DNA from: a candidate division WOR-3 bacterium
GTDB lineage: Bacteria > Hydrothermota > Hydrothermia > LBFQ01
Length of the DNA stretch: 12,820 nucleotides
Reading direction: 5' to 3'
NCBI GenBank assembly: GCA_027050205.1
Contig: JALUCS010000071.1
Span: forward strand, 1 to 12,820
Of the stretch, positions 1-7,965 are shown piece by piece. Each line of letters begins with the position of its first letter. Position 1 is the stretch's first letter. Below the pieces are notes generated by a model. It searched no databases. It was not told the origin of the DNA and worked only from the letters and a program-made list of their open reading frames with translations. Both the position numbers and the translations under genes were made by a program.

Positions 1-1121
1 ATTGAGGCGACGGCCACCTGAAGCATCATCAGGCCGGAGTCCGTACCCGGCTCCCGCGAGAGCATCTCCGGAAGGCCCGACTCCCGCGATAGGACGAAGT
101 GCATACGCCTGTCGGCGAAGCCTATTAGGGTGGCGACGGTGGAGGAGAGGGCATCGGCGAGGGTTGAGACCGTCTGACCGTGGAAGTTCCCCGTGGAAAC
201 CACCTCCTCCCCAACGAGGATGGGGTTGTCGGAGACTCCGTTTATCAGGTCGGCGACGGTGCGCTGCGCCCACTCGCTCACCCTGAGGGCCGCCCCCATC
301 ACCTGCGGGTAGGTGCGGATGGAGTAGGGGTCCTGTACCCTCTCCCCGTCGGGAAGCCCCTCAAGGTACCTCCAGACCTTCCGGGCGGCCTCACAGGCGA
401 AGCGGTCCCCCATCGGGGCGACGGCGTCGGGGTTGAAGGGGGACTTCCTCCCCCTGACCGCCCACCAGACCATCGGGAATACCTCGTGGTAGAGGGATAG
501 GAGCCTGTCAAACCTCCGGAGGTTCAGGGTCAGGATGGCGAGGGAGAAGGTGAAGCCGTTTATCAGGGCGAGGGCCTCACGGGGTACGAGAGACAGAGGC
601 TCAAGGCCGTACATCCGATGGGCAACTATGGAGGGAACCTCCCTCCCGTCCTTCAGGAACACCCACCCCTCCCCTATGAGAGCCAGGGCCACGTGGGCGT
701 TGGGGGACAGGTCCCCGCTCGCCCCCACGGACCCCCTCTCCGGCACCTTCGGGGTTATTCCGAGATTCAGGAAGTGGGCCATCCTTGACACCAGGTCCGG
801 CCTTACGCCGGATATACCCTTTAAGAGGTGCCTCATCCGGAGGAACATGGCTGCCCGGACGTAGGGGATGGGCAGGGGTTCCCCCGTCGACGTGGCGTGG
901 CTCCTCAAGGTGGCGTACTGGAAGGCCTCCAGCTTGTCCTCCGGTAGCCTGACCTTCGCCAGTTTCCCCAGACCGGTGTTGAAGCCGTAGACCACCCCTT
1001 CCCTCTCAACCGCCTTCAGGTAGGCCTCCCTCCCCCTACGGAGCGCCTCCAGATCCTCCTCCGATACCACCACCTCCCTACCCTGCGATACTTCCCAGAC
1101 TTCCCTTATTACGGACCTCAT
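1..1121 (-). CDS. hutH: Histidine ammonia-lyase (MIO-dependent aromatic amino acid lyase family), 3' end beyond the left edge
   Basis: Missing from the ORF track because it has no stop in the window. Manual translation from ATG 1121 gives MRSVIREVWEVSQG...VYGFNTGLG...LRSHA...GSVGASGDLSP...LINGF...QDPYSIRTYPQV...DNP...GNFHG...DSGLMMLQVAVAS. The MIO tripeptide Ala-Ser-Gly is at 714-722 and the HAL-type Ser-His pair is at 897-902. Confidence 0.88.
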   Translation of the reverse strand, partial: MRSVIREVWEVSQGREVVVSEEDLEALRRGREAYLKAVEREGVVYGFNTGLGKLAKVRLPEDKLEAFQYATLRSHATSTGEPLPIPYVRAAMFLRMRHLLKGISGVRPDLVSRMAHFLNLGITPKVPERGSVGASGDLSPNAHVALALIGEGWVFLKDGREVPSIVAHRMYGLEPLSLVPREALALINGFTFSLAILTLNLRRFDRLLSLYHEVFPMVWWAVRGRKSPFNPDAVAPMGDRFACEAARKVWRYLEGLPDGERVQDPYSIRTYPQVMGAALRVSEWAQRTVADLINGVSDNPILVGEEVVSTGNFHGQTVSTLADALSSTVATLIGFADRRMHFVLSRESGLPEMLSREPGTDSGLMMLQVAVAS

Positions 1122-1128
1122 GGAGGGT

Positions 1129-1134
1129 ATTCTA
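1129..1134 (-). promoter_or_regulatory. -10 element TAGAAT, 7 nt before the hutH ATG
   Basis: The minus strand reads TAGAAT-accctcc-ATG. Its TAG is the OPT stop codon. Confidence 0.55.
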
Positions 1135-2760
1135 CCGTCGCTTTCGGGCGAAACCCACCCACATAGCCCCCATTCCGAGGGCGATAAGGAGGACGGTTAT
1201 GACCCAGGTACCCTCCGACGGTGTCGGGAACTTCCACCCGAGGAAGCCAACGCCGAAGGCGAAGAGGACGGCCGTAAGGGCGTCCCCTGCTATCATCCCC
1301 GATGGGGCAACGTGTTCCCCCTCCGCCCGGAAGAGGCGGGCCACCAGCGCCCCAAGGAGTAGGCCACCGGACAGATGGATGGGGAGGTAGAGGCCAACGG
1401 CGACGGGGAGGACGGGGATCCCCATCATGGCGACGGCTACGGCAACCGCCCCACCGATGAAGATGAGGTTCCAGTCTATCGTCCCGGAGAAGATCCCCTT
1501 CGCTATGGTACCCATGAGGACCCCCTGCGGTGCGGGGAGGGACTCGGAGCCGAAGCCGAAGACCTCACCGAGGAGGCTCACGACCGCCGTAATAACGGCG
1601 AAGGAGACGGCGATGCCCAGGAACTCCCCGACGTACTGCCACTTTGGTGTGGCCCCCACGATGTGGCCGGTCTTGAGGTCCTGAACGGTGTCCCCGGCTA
1701 TGGCGGCGGCGGAGGCCACGAGGGATGCCATCGCGAGGGCGGAGACGAGGCTCCCCCATCCGAGGGCCTTGAAGAGGAGGGAGACCACCACCAGGGCGGC
1801 TATGGTCATGCCGGATACGGGGTTGGAGGAGGAGCCGACGATGGCCGTCGTGTTGCCGGAGACGTAGGCAAATATAACTCCCAACACCCCGCCGAGGGCG
1901 CCGCCCACCACCCCTAACTCCGGTATCAGGAGGCCCACCACAATCCCCACGGCTACGGCGATGGCCACCACGACCCACACCCTACCCCTCCGGAACTTCC
2001 CCGCCAGCTTCAGGATCACCCGCAGGAACTCGTAGATACCCCCGACGAGGACCGCCCCTGCCCCTATGAAGCGAATGTACCGGCTCCAGACCTCCATCGG
2101 AGACCCATCGTAGAAGGGCATGAAGACCCACCAACCGATGACTCCACCGGCCGCCACCATCAGGGCGGTGCGAAGCCCCACTATGGCCCCGGCACCCACC
2201 ACGGCGGGGGAAAGCTCTGCTGCCACGACCTTACCCCAGATGGGGTACGAGAAGGAGGAGGCGAGGAGACCGAGGCTCTGGAGGAGCCTTATACCCCCAC
2301 CGAGGAGCGCCCCCAGAAGCACCAGTACCCCCTTCCCCGACTCCCTACTCTTCAGGACTACGGCACAGGCCTTACCCTCCGGGAAGGGGAGACTCTCGTC
2401 CTCAACAAGGGTGTCCCTGAAGGCTATGCCCGCCAGTACCCCTATCGTTCCACCGGCGAGGGTGACGAAGCCGATGTGGTAGGGGTGGAAGGAGAGGGAG
2501 GCGACGAAGAAGGCAGGGAGGGTAAAGGCCAGGGCGGCGGCGAGGGACTCACCGGCCGAGGCCACGGTCTGAACGATGTTGCCCTCAAGGACGCTCCCTT
2601 TACGGTAGAAGAGGGAGAAGAAGGCCAGCGCCCCGACAGCCGCCGGTATGGAGGCCGAGACCGTCATCCCGGCCTTTAGAGCCAGGTAGGCATTGGAGAC
2701 ACCAAAAATTACGCTAAGGATGAGACCAAGGACGACGGCAACGGGGCTGAACTCCCTCAA
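1132..2760 (-). CDS. OPT-family oligopeptide transporter
   Basis: 542-aa polytopic membrane protein with OPT motifs NAYLALKAGMTVSASIPAAV, NIVQTVASAGESLA, LPFPEGKACA, GSSSNPVSGMTI, QDLKTGHIVGATP and LPAPQG. The TTG start overlaps the jag stop (TTGA, 2757-2760). Confidence 0.95.
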   Translation of the reverse strand: MREFSPVAVVLGLILSVIFGVSNAYLALKAGMTVSASIPAAVGALAFFSLFYRKGSVLEGNIVQTVASAGESLAAALAFTLPAFFVASLSFHPYHIGFVTLAGGTIGVLAGIAFRDTLVEDESLPFPEGKACAVVLKSRESGKGVLVLLGALLGGGIRLLQSLGLLASSFSYPIWGKVVAAELSPAVVGAGAIVGLRTALMVAAGGVIGWWVFMPFYDGSPMEVWSRYIRFIGAGAVLVGGIYEFLRVILKLAGKFRRGRVWVVVAIAVAVGIVVGLLIPELGVVGGALGGVLGVIFAYVSGNTTAIVGSSSNPVSGMTIAALVVVSLLFKALGWGSLVSALAMASLVASAAAIAGDTVQDLKTGHIVGATPKWQYVGEFLGIAVSFAVITAVVSLLGEVFGFGSESLPAPQGVLMGTIAKGIFSGTIDWNLIFIGGAVAVAVAMMGIPVLPVAVGLYLPIHLSGGLLLGALVARLFRAEGEHVAPSGMIAGDALTAVLFAFGVGFLGWKFPTPSEGTWVITVLLIALGMGAMWVGFARKRR

Positions 2761-3467
2761 GTTTCTACGGTGCTACCTTTATCCTCCGGGGCGGTTTCCT
2801 TCTCCTTGGCCTCCTGCTGTTGAAGTTCCTCCTCCGTCAGCTTCCGTATGATATAGACCGGCTCCCCCGTCTTGGACTTTATACGGCGACCCTTGATCTT
2901 GAGCCTCTCCATCGTGTAGCCCCGCTTACGGAGGAACCTCCTGACGGCCTCCACCTCGTCGGACTGGATGGGGGCATCGTAAGCCATCTCGGTCTTCCCC
3001 TGGGCCTCCATCAGCTTCAGGATGGCTATGGCCTTGTTTATGGCCCGCTTCACACGGCGGCGGCGGTAGTGGGCTATGTCAAACTGGACCTTTATGTTGG
3101 GCTTGCGGCGGTTTATGATGGCGGAGAGGACGTGGTTTATGGCCCGGAGGGTCTGACCCTGATGCCCTATCAGGGTGTTGTCCAGCTCCTTGATGTCAAA
3201 GTTGACGTAGTACCTCCCGTACTCATCCACGTCTATATCCACCCCACCCTTCACCCCCAGTTTGTGGAGGAACTCCCGCGCCACCTCGTCTATGAGGTCA
3301 AAGTCCTCCGTGTCAAGGAATATCCTCACCTTTGCGGGAGTACCTCTGGAAGGCAGCTGCAGGACCTTGTACCTTATCTCCGATATGTCCAGGGCATGCT
3401 CGTTGAGGTACTTCATGAGGGCCTCTTCAACCGTGGCACCCTCAAGGTCTATGTATCGTGCTTTCAT
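2757..3467 (-). CDS. jag: Jag/EloR/KhpB-family RNA-binding protein (Jag_N + KH, degenerate R3H)
   Basis: The likely start is ATG 3467 (MKARYIDLEGATVEEAL, Jag_N-like). The KH GxxG loop is LIGHQGQTLRAI, followed by DIAHYRRRR. The ORF-track extension to 3659 overlaps the divergent gene and is rejected. Confidence 0.85.
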   Translation of the reverse strand: MKARYIDLEGATVEEALMKYLNEHALDISEIRYKVLQLPSRGTPAKVRIFLDTEDFDLIDEVAREFLHKLGVKGGVDIDVDEYGRYYVNFDIKELDNTLIGHQGQTLRAINHVLSAIINRRKPNIKVQFDIAHYRRRRVKRAINKAIAILKLMEAQGKTEMAYDAPIQSDEVEAVRRFLRKRGYTMERLKIKGRRIKSKTGEPVYIIRKLTEEELQQQEAKEKETAPEDKGSTVET

Positions 3468-3476
3468 GCAACGGGA

Positions 3477-3482
3477 ATAATA
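3477..3482 (-). promoter_or_regulatory. -10-like TATTAT, 9 nt before the jag ATG
   Basis: The minus strand reads TATTAT-tcccgttgc-ATG. Confidence 0.5.
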
Positions 3483-3521
3483 AGGGCGAATGGGTTTTGA
3501 GTGGGTAAGCCGGTACCGTCG

Positions 3522-3527
3522 TATAAT
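3522..3527 (+). promoter_or_regulatory. -10 element TATAAT, 6 nt before GTG 3534
   Basis: TATAAT-accctc-GTG, a perfect sigma70 -10 in GC-rich context. Confidence 0.6.
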
Positions 3528-3533
3528 ACCCTC

Positions 3534-4727
3534 GTGTTGCCAATAGTCTCCCTCGCCTTCGGCCCTGCGGAGTTGGTGTGCGACACCACCTGTGAGAACG
3601 GCCTCAACCACACCGCCCTCTTCGTGGATGGGGAGGGGCGGGTCCACGTGGCCTACCACAGGAAGTTGGGGGGAGTCTGGCAGGTCTTCTACCGGATGAG
3701 AGATTCCTACGGGTGGCTGCCACCGGAGAGGGTGGTCTTTACCGATACGGCTGACGCCAAGTACCCATCTCTGGCCATACTAAGGGACAGCGTATTCCTC
3801 GTCTGGCACGACTACCGGGTCGGCGGTATATCCAACGTAGAACTCTTCTTCAACGCCAAACCCATATACGGGGACACGTGGGCCAACGAGGAGAGGCTAA
3901 CCTACACCTCCTCCGGTAGCCCCGGAGACAACAGCTACGTCCCCTCCCTCAAAGTCGTTGGCGAGAGCCTACGGGTGGTCTGGTACGACTACCGCGACGA
4001 TCCGATGGCGTACGATGCCGAGGTATACACGAAGGTACGGGGACCCTCCGGATGGGGAGGGGATGTCAGGGTCAGCAACTCTCCGGAGAACGCCTGGTAC
4101 CCCTCCTTCGCCTCCTCCGGGGACTCCGTTCTCTACGTCTGGGCCGACAACCGGGACGGCGGTTATCACATCTACGGAAACTTCGGCTCCGGAGACTTCC
4201 CCATCGGCGGGCCGGGGTACTACCCCGATGCCACCTATGGCCATGGGCGGTACGTCGTCGTCTGGCAGGGGGGAGACGGGAACGTCTATATAGCCTTCAG
4301 GGACACGGTCTGGCACCCACCCCGCCCCCTCCTACCGAGGGGAAACCCCCAGAAGTCCCCGACCGTCTCCACCTCACCCTACGGCTTCGTGGTAGCCTGG
4401 AGGGAGGATTACGGTCCCTACGACAGCGACATCGTCGGCGTCCTCCTTAGACCCGACCTCTCCCTTAGGGACACCTTCCGCGTATCCCAACCCGGCACCC
4501 AGGACCGCCCCAACCTCTTCGTAGGACCGGAGGGGTACGTCCATATGACCTACGTTGATTACTCCTACGGTTCCTCCTACCCCCGTATCTTTTACGTCAG
4601 GTCCCTCTCCCCCGCCGACCTGTCCGAGCGTCCTAAAGCTAAGGACAAAGAGATACGCAATCGCATCAGAGGTAGGAGGGTAATCCTGCGGGGGAGGTAC
4701 GACCCCGCCGGGCGTAGGCTCCCCTGA
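3534..4727 (+). CDS. Putative secreted ~7-bladed beta-propeller protein with a truncated T9SS-like tail
   Basis: About seven repeats of the form P-S-L...V-V-W-x-D-x-R...I/V-Y...W (e.g. YPSLAILRDSVFLVWHDYR, VPSLKVVGESLRVVWYDYR, YPSFASSGDSVLYVWADNR). It ends YDPAGRRLP*. The start is placed at GTG 3534, 6 nt after TATAAT. GTG 3501 and TTG 3537 are alternatives. Confidence 0.75.
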   Translation: MLPIVSLAFGPAELVCDTTCENGLNHTALFVDGEGRVHVAYHRKLGGVWQVFYRMRDSYGWLPPERVVFTDTADAKYPSLAILRDSVFLVWHDYRVGGISNVELFFNAKPIYGDTWANEERLTYTSSGSPGDNSYVPSLKVVGESLRVVWYDYRDDPMAYDAEVYTKVRGPSGWGGDVRVSNSPENAWYPSFASSGDSVLYVWADNRDGGYHIYGNFGSGDFPIGGPGYYPDATYGHGRYVVVWQGGDGNVYIAFRDTVWHPPRPLLPRGNPQKSPTVSTSPYGFVVAWREDYGPYDSDIVGVLLRPDLSLRDTFRVSQPGTQDRPNLFVGPEGYVHMTYVDYSYGSSYPRIFYVRSLSPADLSERPKAKDKEIRNRIRGRRVILRGRYDPAGRRLP

Positions 4728-4733
4728 CCCCTT

Positions 4734-4739
4734 TAAAAT
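4734..4739 (+). promoter_or_regulatory. -10 element TAAAAT, 8 nt before ATG 4748
   Basis: TAAAAT-ccgatact-ATG within a 20-bp intergenic gap. Confidence 0.6.
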
Positions 4740-4747
4740 CCGATACT

Positions 4748-5488
4748 ATGCTCACCGTACTGATAGCCGGCTACTTCAAGCACCCCGAAACCGTCCTCTG
4801 GGTAGGGGACAGGATGTTCGTCAGCGACATCGGGGAGTTTGGCAAGAGGGACGGGAAAGTTTACGTTAAGAGGGGGAGGAGGTGGAGCGTGTGGGCCTCC
4901 TACCTAAACGACCCCAAGGGCCTCGCCTTCTGCGGAGGAGTCCTGTACGTCGCCGACGTCGACCGGGTTTGGGCGGTCAAGGACAAGTCCGCCGTCTTTA
5001 TGGTGGTGGGGCCTAAGGACTTCAAGGCCCAGTTCCTGAACGGCATAGCGTGCGGCAGGGGTGGAAAGGTCCTAACCAGCGACACCTTCGGTAATGCGGT
5101 CTATGAGGTAAACCCCCGGAGCAAGAGCGTCCGCATGCTCTTCAAGGTGGAGAAGCCCAACGGCCTCGCCCTGGATCCCCGAGGCAACGTCTACGTCATA
5201 ACCTTTACCAAGCCGGGCAGGATCCTCCGTTGGGACGGCCACAGGTTAGATACGGTCTTAGTTTCCCGCGACATAGACGGGGGCGATGGCCTCATATACG
5301 TACCCGACGAGGGCGTACTACTGGCCTCCGGATACGAGTCCGGTAAGGTCCTAAAGGTAAATCTGAACGGTACCTACTCCGTGATCGCCAAGGGGCTGCG
5401 GACCCCGGCCGGGATAGGTTTTGACGGCCGCTACGTATACGTACCTCTTTTAGAGGTCGGGGACGTAAAGAAGTTCAAGGTCTTCTGA
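4748..5488 (+). CDS. SMP-30/gluconolactonase/NHL-like beta-propeller protein
   Basis: 246 aa with blade motifs HPETV..MFVSDIG, LNDPKGLAF..LYVADVD, FLNGIA..SDT, KPNGLALD, GGDGL and LRTPAGIGFD..VYVP. Confidence 0.8.
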   Translation: MLTVLIAGYFKHPETVLWVGDRMFVSDIGEFGKRDGKVYVKRGRRWSVWASYLNDPKGLAFCGGVLYVADVDRVWAVKDKSAVFMVVGPKDFKAQFLNGIACGRGGKVLTSDTFGNAVYEVNPRSKSVRMLFKVEKPNGLALDPRGNVYVITFTKPGRILRWDGHRLDTVLVSRDIDGGDGLIYVPDEGVLLASGYESGKVLKVNLNGTYSVIAKGLRTPAGIGFDGRYVYVPLLEVGDVKKFKVF

Positions 5489-6300
5489 AGCCAGGGGGCC
5501 GGGACCGGCGACGTTTTGTAATGGATACGTATTTTCCACAAAAATGCAGTACTTACTAACAAGAACAAACGTTTGAATGCCGGAGAAGGCCTCCTTTGAC
5601 ACTCCCGATTTCACGGCGGACAGTAAGGGTACGTTCTGGTTTGCCATCCGGTTAATGGGAGGATATATCACCCCGACGTCGCATTAGCCCGACCGCACTT
5701 TCCGGGGAACTCTATGCCGAACATTACGCCGATAGGACGACGCCCCATCCACCAAAAGAGGTCTCCGTATTACGCTGATGGAGGGATCCCCAACCGCCGA
5801 AATGGACGTCAAAGGGTGCTGATCTTAGGTCACCGTAGAATTCCCGCAGTTTTTATAAACCTCAAAATTTACAAGATGCCATTTTACGTTTTCAATCCGT
5901 GGGAAGAAGAGCTTAGGTGCAAAATTTTGCGTCTATGCCCGATGTCCGGCATTTCGCATTTCGGACACAAGGGGGCGGATCGTGGCCTTCAATACAGCTC
6001 CGGATCGGACTCCGCATCGCCCATTTTCCACCGGATAACCCTGTCCCGGTTTTAATGCAATTTTGTGAGAAAAGTGGCCCCTTGGTGGAACCGGTTGATT
6101 TATGAGAATTTTATTGCGGTTATAGGTGCGTTGGGATTTTTTATAATTTTAAGAAATTACAAATAAAATGTAAAAATTCAGTAGTTCCTTAGGATTATCG
6201 CGTGGAGTTCCGCACTCCGGGAATAGGGATTCCAAACTTTTGGAGGCGGTCCGTATCGCACGTGTTCGGTCCTATCCGCCGAACCCTATCCCTCCCACCG
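5489..6300. other. Long AT-rich non-coding spacer A
   Basis: No credible ORF. The core 6121-6180 has 12/60 G+C against clearly GC-rich flanking genes. Confidence 0.6.
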
Positions 6301-6306
6301 TAAAAT
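6301..6306 (+). promoter_or_regulatory. -10 element TAAAAT, 8 nt before ATG 6315
   Basis: TAAAAT-acgccgtt-ATG. Confidence 0.6.
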
Positions 6307-6314
6307 ACGCCGTT

Positions 6315-7940
6315 ATGAGGAAAGTCCTTCTCGTTGCGGCTCTAAGTATAACTACACCGCTGTACGGTGGGTTTGCCCTCTACGAGAACTTTGAGGAGAG
6401 CGTCCCGCCCACCGGTTGGGACACCACCTACGCCAGTAGGTACGTCTCCTGGTATCAGCGCACATACTCGTACCCTCCGGGGGTTGAGTTCGGCTCCTAC
6501 TACGCCGGCATAAAGGTGAGCAGCACCTACGCCTCCGATACGGGGGACGCCACCCTCGTAAGCCCCATCATAGACCTGTCGGCCATAGCCGGTCCGGAGA
6601 CCCTATCCTTCTACTACCGCTTCAGCTCCGACACCTCAATGGGGAACTTGGACACCATCTACGTTGAGCTTGGTCCCGGCGGAGACTTCTCATCCCCCGT
6701 GGTACTCTACACCATAGCCCCCAACTACCCCCAGCCCACGACTATGACGGAGGTAAAGGTGGGTCTGGACGCGTACGACGGTACGAGTGTAGCCATAAGG
6801 TTCCGCTACAGGAACAACGACGACGGGGGTGTCCCCGGCTACAACAAGTACTTCTGGCTTGATAGGGTGATAGTCTATAACCCTTCCACCAACAACCCTC
6901 CCGAGATCTTCTTCCTCTACCACGACCCCTCCAACCCCGACAGCAACGCGTACGTTGGGGTGTATTACGCCGCCTTTGACAGCGACGGGGCCATAAACAA
7001 CGTCACGGTCTATTACTGGTACAACTCCGGCACCCCCTCAAGTGTCAGTGCTACCGTTGACACGGGGAGTGTCTACGTCGCCCAGATACCCCCTCCGGAC
7101 GCCTACTCCAAGACCAAGTTCTACGCCGTCGCCTACGACGACTCTGGCGACTCCGCCGTCTATCCCGTGCGGTTCTTCATACAGGGTTTCAAGACCATAG
7201 CCGAAGCCCGCGCCCTCGCCGACGGGGATACCGTCCAGGTTAAGGGGATACTTACGGCCAACACCTTCAACCGCCCCGACTACATCCAGGACAGCACTTC
7301 GGGTATAGCCGTCTACGATTACCGCTTCCACGACGCCTTCTCTATGCCCTCCGACCTCGGCTACACCGTCGCCGTAGCCGGTTACCTCCACACCTACAAC
7401 AACCTCCGGGAGATCGTACGCCTCTCCGCCTTTGACACCCTGACCTACGTCGGCGTACCGGACCCCATAGTCCTGACTATAGCAGACGTCGGCGAGACCT
7501 ACGAGGGGATGCTCGTCCGCATAGACAACGTCCAGTTCATAGACACCACCGGCACCTTCGCCGGGAACACCAACTACACCGTAACGGACGGCCTTGACAA
7601 CCTCACCGTACGCATAGACGCCGACACCGACATCCCCGGTATGGACATCCCCAACGGCATCCTCTCCATCGTCGGGATCGTAGGCCAGTACAACACCACC
7701 TACCAGCTCCTGCCTCGCAGCAGGGACGACTTCCTGACCACGGGTGTGGCCGAGAGGCCGGGCTACGGCACCTATCCCACCTACACCCTCAAGGGGAACC
7801 GCCTGGCTCTCAAGGACGGCGGGAAGGTCTACGACGCCTCCGGACGCCTCATCTTCTCCGGAAAGGGCGAGGTCCAGCTCAAGACCGGGATATACTTCAT
7901 AACCGCAGGAGGGAAGACCTTCAAGGCCATAGTGAGGTAA
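6315..7940 (+). CDS. Secreted multidomain protein: adhesin/MAM-like jelly roll, Ig-like domain, tandem OB-fold-like domains, T9SS-like C-terminal tail
   Basis: Signal peptide MRKVLLVAALSITTPLYG from ATG 6315. N-domain YENFEESVPPTGW...LVSPIIDLS...IRFRY...FWLDRV. OB-fold-like segments KTIAEARA..VQVKGILT..YIQDSTSGIAVY and YEGMLVRIDNV..QLLPRSRDD. Tail VYDASGRLI..GIYFI..KAIVR*. Confidence 0.8.
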   Translation: MRKVLLVAALSITTPLYGGFALYENFEESVPPTGWDTTYASRYVSWYQRTYSYPPGVEFGSYYAGIKVSSTYASDTGDATLVSPIIDLSAIAGPETLSFYYRFSSDTSMGNLDTIYVELGPGGDFSSPVVLYTIAPNYPQPTTMTEVKVGLDAYDGTSVAIRFRYRNNDDGGVPGYNKYFWLDRVIVYNPSTNNPPEIFFLYHDPSNPDSNAYVGVYYAAFDSDGAINNVTVYYWYNSGTPSSVSATVDTGSVYVAQIPPPDAYSKTKFYAVAYDDSGDSAVYPVRFFIQGFKTIAEARALADGDTVQVKGILTANTFNRPDYIQDSTSGIAVYDYRFHDAFSMPSDLGYTVAVAGYLHTYNNLREIVRLSAFDTLTYVGVPDPIVLTIADVGETYEGMLVRIDNVQFIDTTGTFAGNTNYTVTDGLDNLTVRIDADTDIPGMDIPNGILSIVGIVGQYNTTYQLLPRSRDDFLTTGVAERPGYGTYPTYTLKGNRLALKDGGKVYDASGRLIFSGKGEVQLKTGIYFITAGGKTFKAIVR

Positions 7941-7953
7941 AGGCTTCGGCCTT
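7940..7953 (+). other. Short C(UUCG)G hairpin between the stop codon and the rnpB promoter
   Basis: AAGGC-TTCG-GCCTT begins at the last base of the TAA stop. It has no U-tract, and its 3' end overlaps TACAAT. Confidence 0.4.
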
Positions 7954-7958
7954 ACAAT
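7953..7958 (+). promoter_or_regulatory. -10 element TACAAT of rnpB
   Basis: TACAAT-tactccc-G7966, where G7966 is the first base of P1. Confidence 0.65.
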
Positions 7959-7965
7959 TACTCCC

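Noticed and set aside
3468..3659. N-terminal extension of the 300-aa ORF (2757..3659)
   Set aside because: It overlaps the divergent propeller gene antisense. The Jag_N-like sequence and a -10 motif point to ATG 3467.
5596..5601. Perfect -35 TTGACA (and TTGACT at 10609-10614)
   Set aside because: No -10 hexamer at 16-18 bp spacing.
5450..6105. Small ORFs in spacer A (73, 113 and 62 aa)
   Set aside because: No recognisable motifs, composition unlike the real genes, and none of the start-proximal -10 signature. A pseudogene origin cannot be excluded without a search.
6240..6314. TTG start at 6240 for the 566-aa ORF
   Set aside because: The signal peptide and TAAAAT motif fit ATG 6315.
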